Origin: an uncultured cyanobacterium
GTDB taxonomy: Bacteria; Cyanobacteriota; Cyanobacteriia; Cyanobacteriales; Nostocaceae
Reading direction: 5' to 3'
NCBI GenBank assembly: GCA_963706595.1
Contig: OY970166.1
Span: 1,024,001-1,088,000, forward strand
DNA: 64,000 nt
In this document: positions 63,345-64,000 of the stretch, piece by piece
Layout of the letters: every line of letters begins with the position of its first letter
How positions within the stretch are numbered: the stretch's first letter is position 1
Position numbers and translations under genes: made by a program
Notes under the pieces: generated by a model
Told to the model about the DNA's origin: nothing
Databases searched by the model: none
What the model saw: the letters and a program-made list of their open reading frames with translations, nothing else

Positions 63345-64000
63345 ATGACTAATGTTATCTCTATTGAAAATCTAGATCATTACTTTGGTAGTGGTCAACT
63401 GAGTAAGCAGGTTTTATTCAATATCAATCTGACAATTAATGCTGGTGAGATTGTGATTATGACAGGTCCTTCTGGTTCTGGTAAAACGACACTGCTAACT
63501 TTAGTGGGAGGGTTGCGTTCTGTCCAGTCTGGTAGTATGCGAGTTTTAGACAGAGAACTTTCTGGTGCTAGTAGCAAAGATTTAACAAAAGCCCGGCGAA
63601 GTAACGGTTATATCTTTCAAGCGCACAACTTGCATGGTAGTTTAACAGCACTTCAGAATGTGCGGATGGGTTTGGAAGTGCAACCGCAAATTTCGCCCCA
63701 AGAAATGCTTCACCAATCACAAGAAATGCTCAAAGCAGTGGGTTTGGGCGAACGACTCAATTACTATCCCGATAATTTGTCTGGTGGACAAAAACAACGG
63801 GTTGCGATCGCACGAGCGTTGGTAAGTCAGCCTAAAATTGTCTTAGCAGATGAACCCACCGCCGCACTGGATAAACAATCGGGGCGCGATGTGGTGGAAA
63901 TTATGCAAAAATTAGCCAAAGAGCAAGGCTGTACAATTTTGCTCGTCACCCACGATAACCGCATTTTAGATATCGCTGACCGGATTATTTATATGGAAGA
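63345..64000 (+). CDS. devA: DevA-family ABC exporter ATPase (truncated by the window end)
   Basis: MTNVISIENLDHYFG, GPSGSGKTT, LSGGQKQRVAIARAL, LADEPT, VTHD. Confidence 0.92.
   Translation, partial: MTNVISIENLDHYFGSGQLSKQVLFNINLTINAGEIVIMTGPSGSGKTTLLTLVGGLRSVQSGSMRVLDRELSGASSKDLTKARRSNGYIFQAHNLHGSLTALQNVRMGLEVQPQISPQEMLHQSQEMLKAVGLGERLNYYPDNLSGGQKQRVAIARALVSQPKIVLADEPTAALDKQSGRDVVEIMQKLAKEQGCTILLVTHDNRILDIADRIIYME

Overview
Chromosomal window from a heterocyst-forming cyanobacterium (Nostocales-like), judged from abundant HIP1 octamers GCGATCGC, STRR heptamer tracts, psbY, a furC-like gene and a devBCA-like operon. Most genes are housekeeping or accessory: cobM, lgt, coaD-cdv3, a tldD/pmbA pair, cysS, ilvC, map, folC, pilMNOQ, HU and cobD. 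The window also holds an orphan 8-repeat CRISPR array, an intact IS630 element with a -1 frameshift and an intact IS4-family element. The most striking structure is in the intergenic DNA. An IS630 element and its 107-bp MITE derivatives repeatedly sit at the TA of the terminal CTAC/GTAG of REP-like doublets, stack head-to-tail, and in other copies carry REP doublets as cargo. The IS4 element sits in the loop of a different G-rich dispersed palindrome. Other observations: a duplicated 3' end of the MIF gene bracketing an EamA gene (integration scar), a candidate Crp/Fnr mini-regulon with a perfect FNR/NnrR-like box, a recurring STRR cassette that supplies start codons, repeat DNA translated in frame in CysS and CobD, a mirror-symmetric Pro-rich insert in PilQ, and a TetR-ribbon-helix-helix fusion. 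All calls come from reading the sequence and the ORF track by eye; no searches were run.
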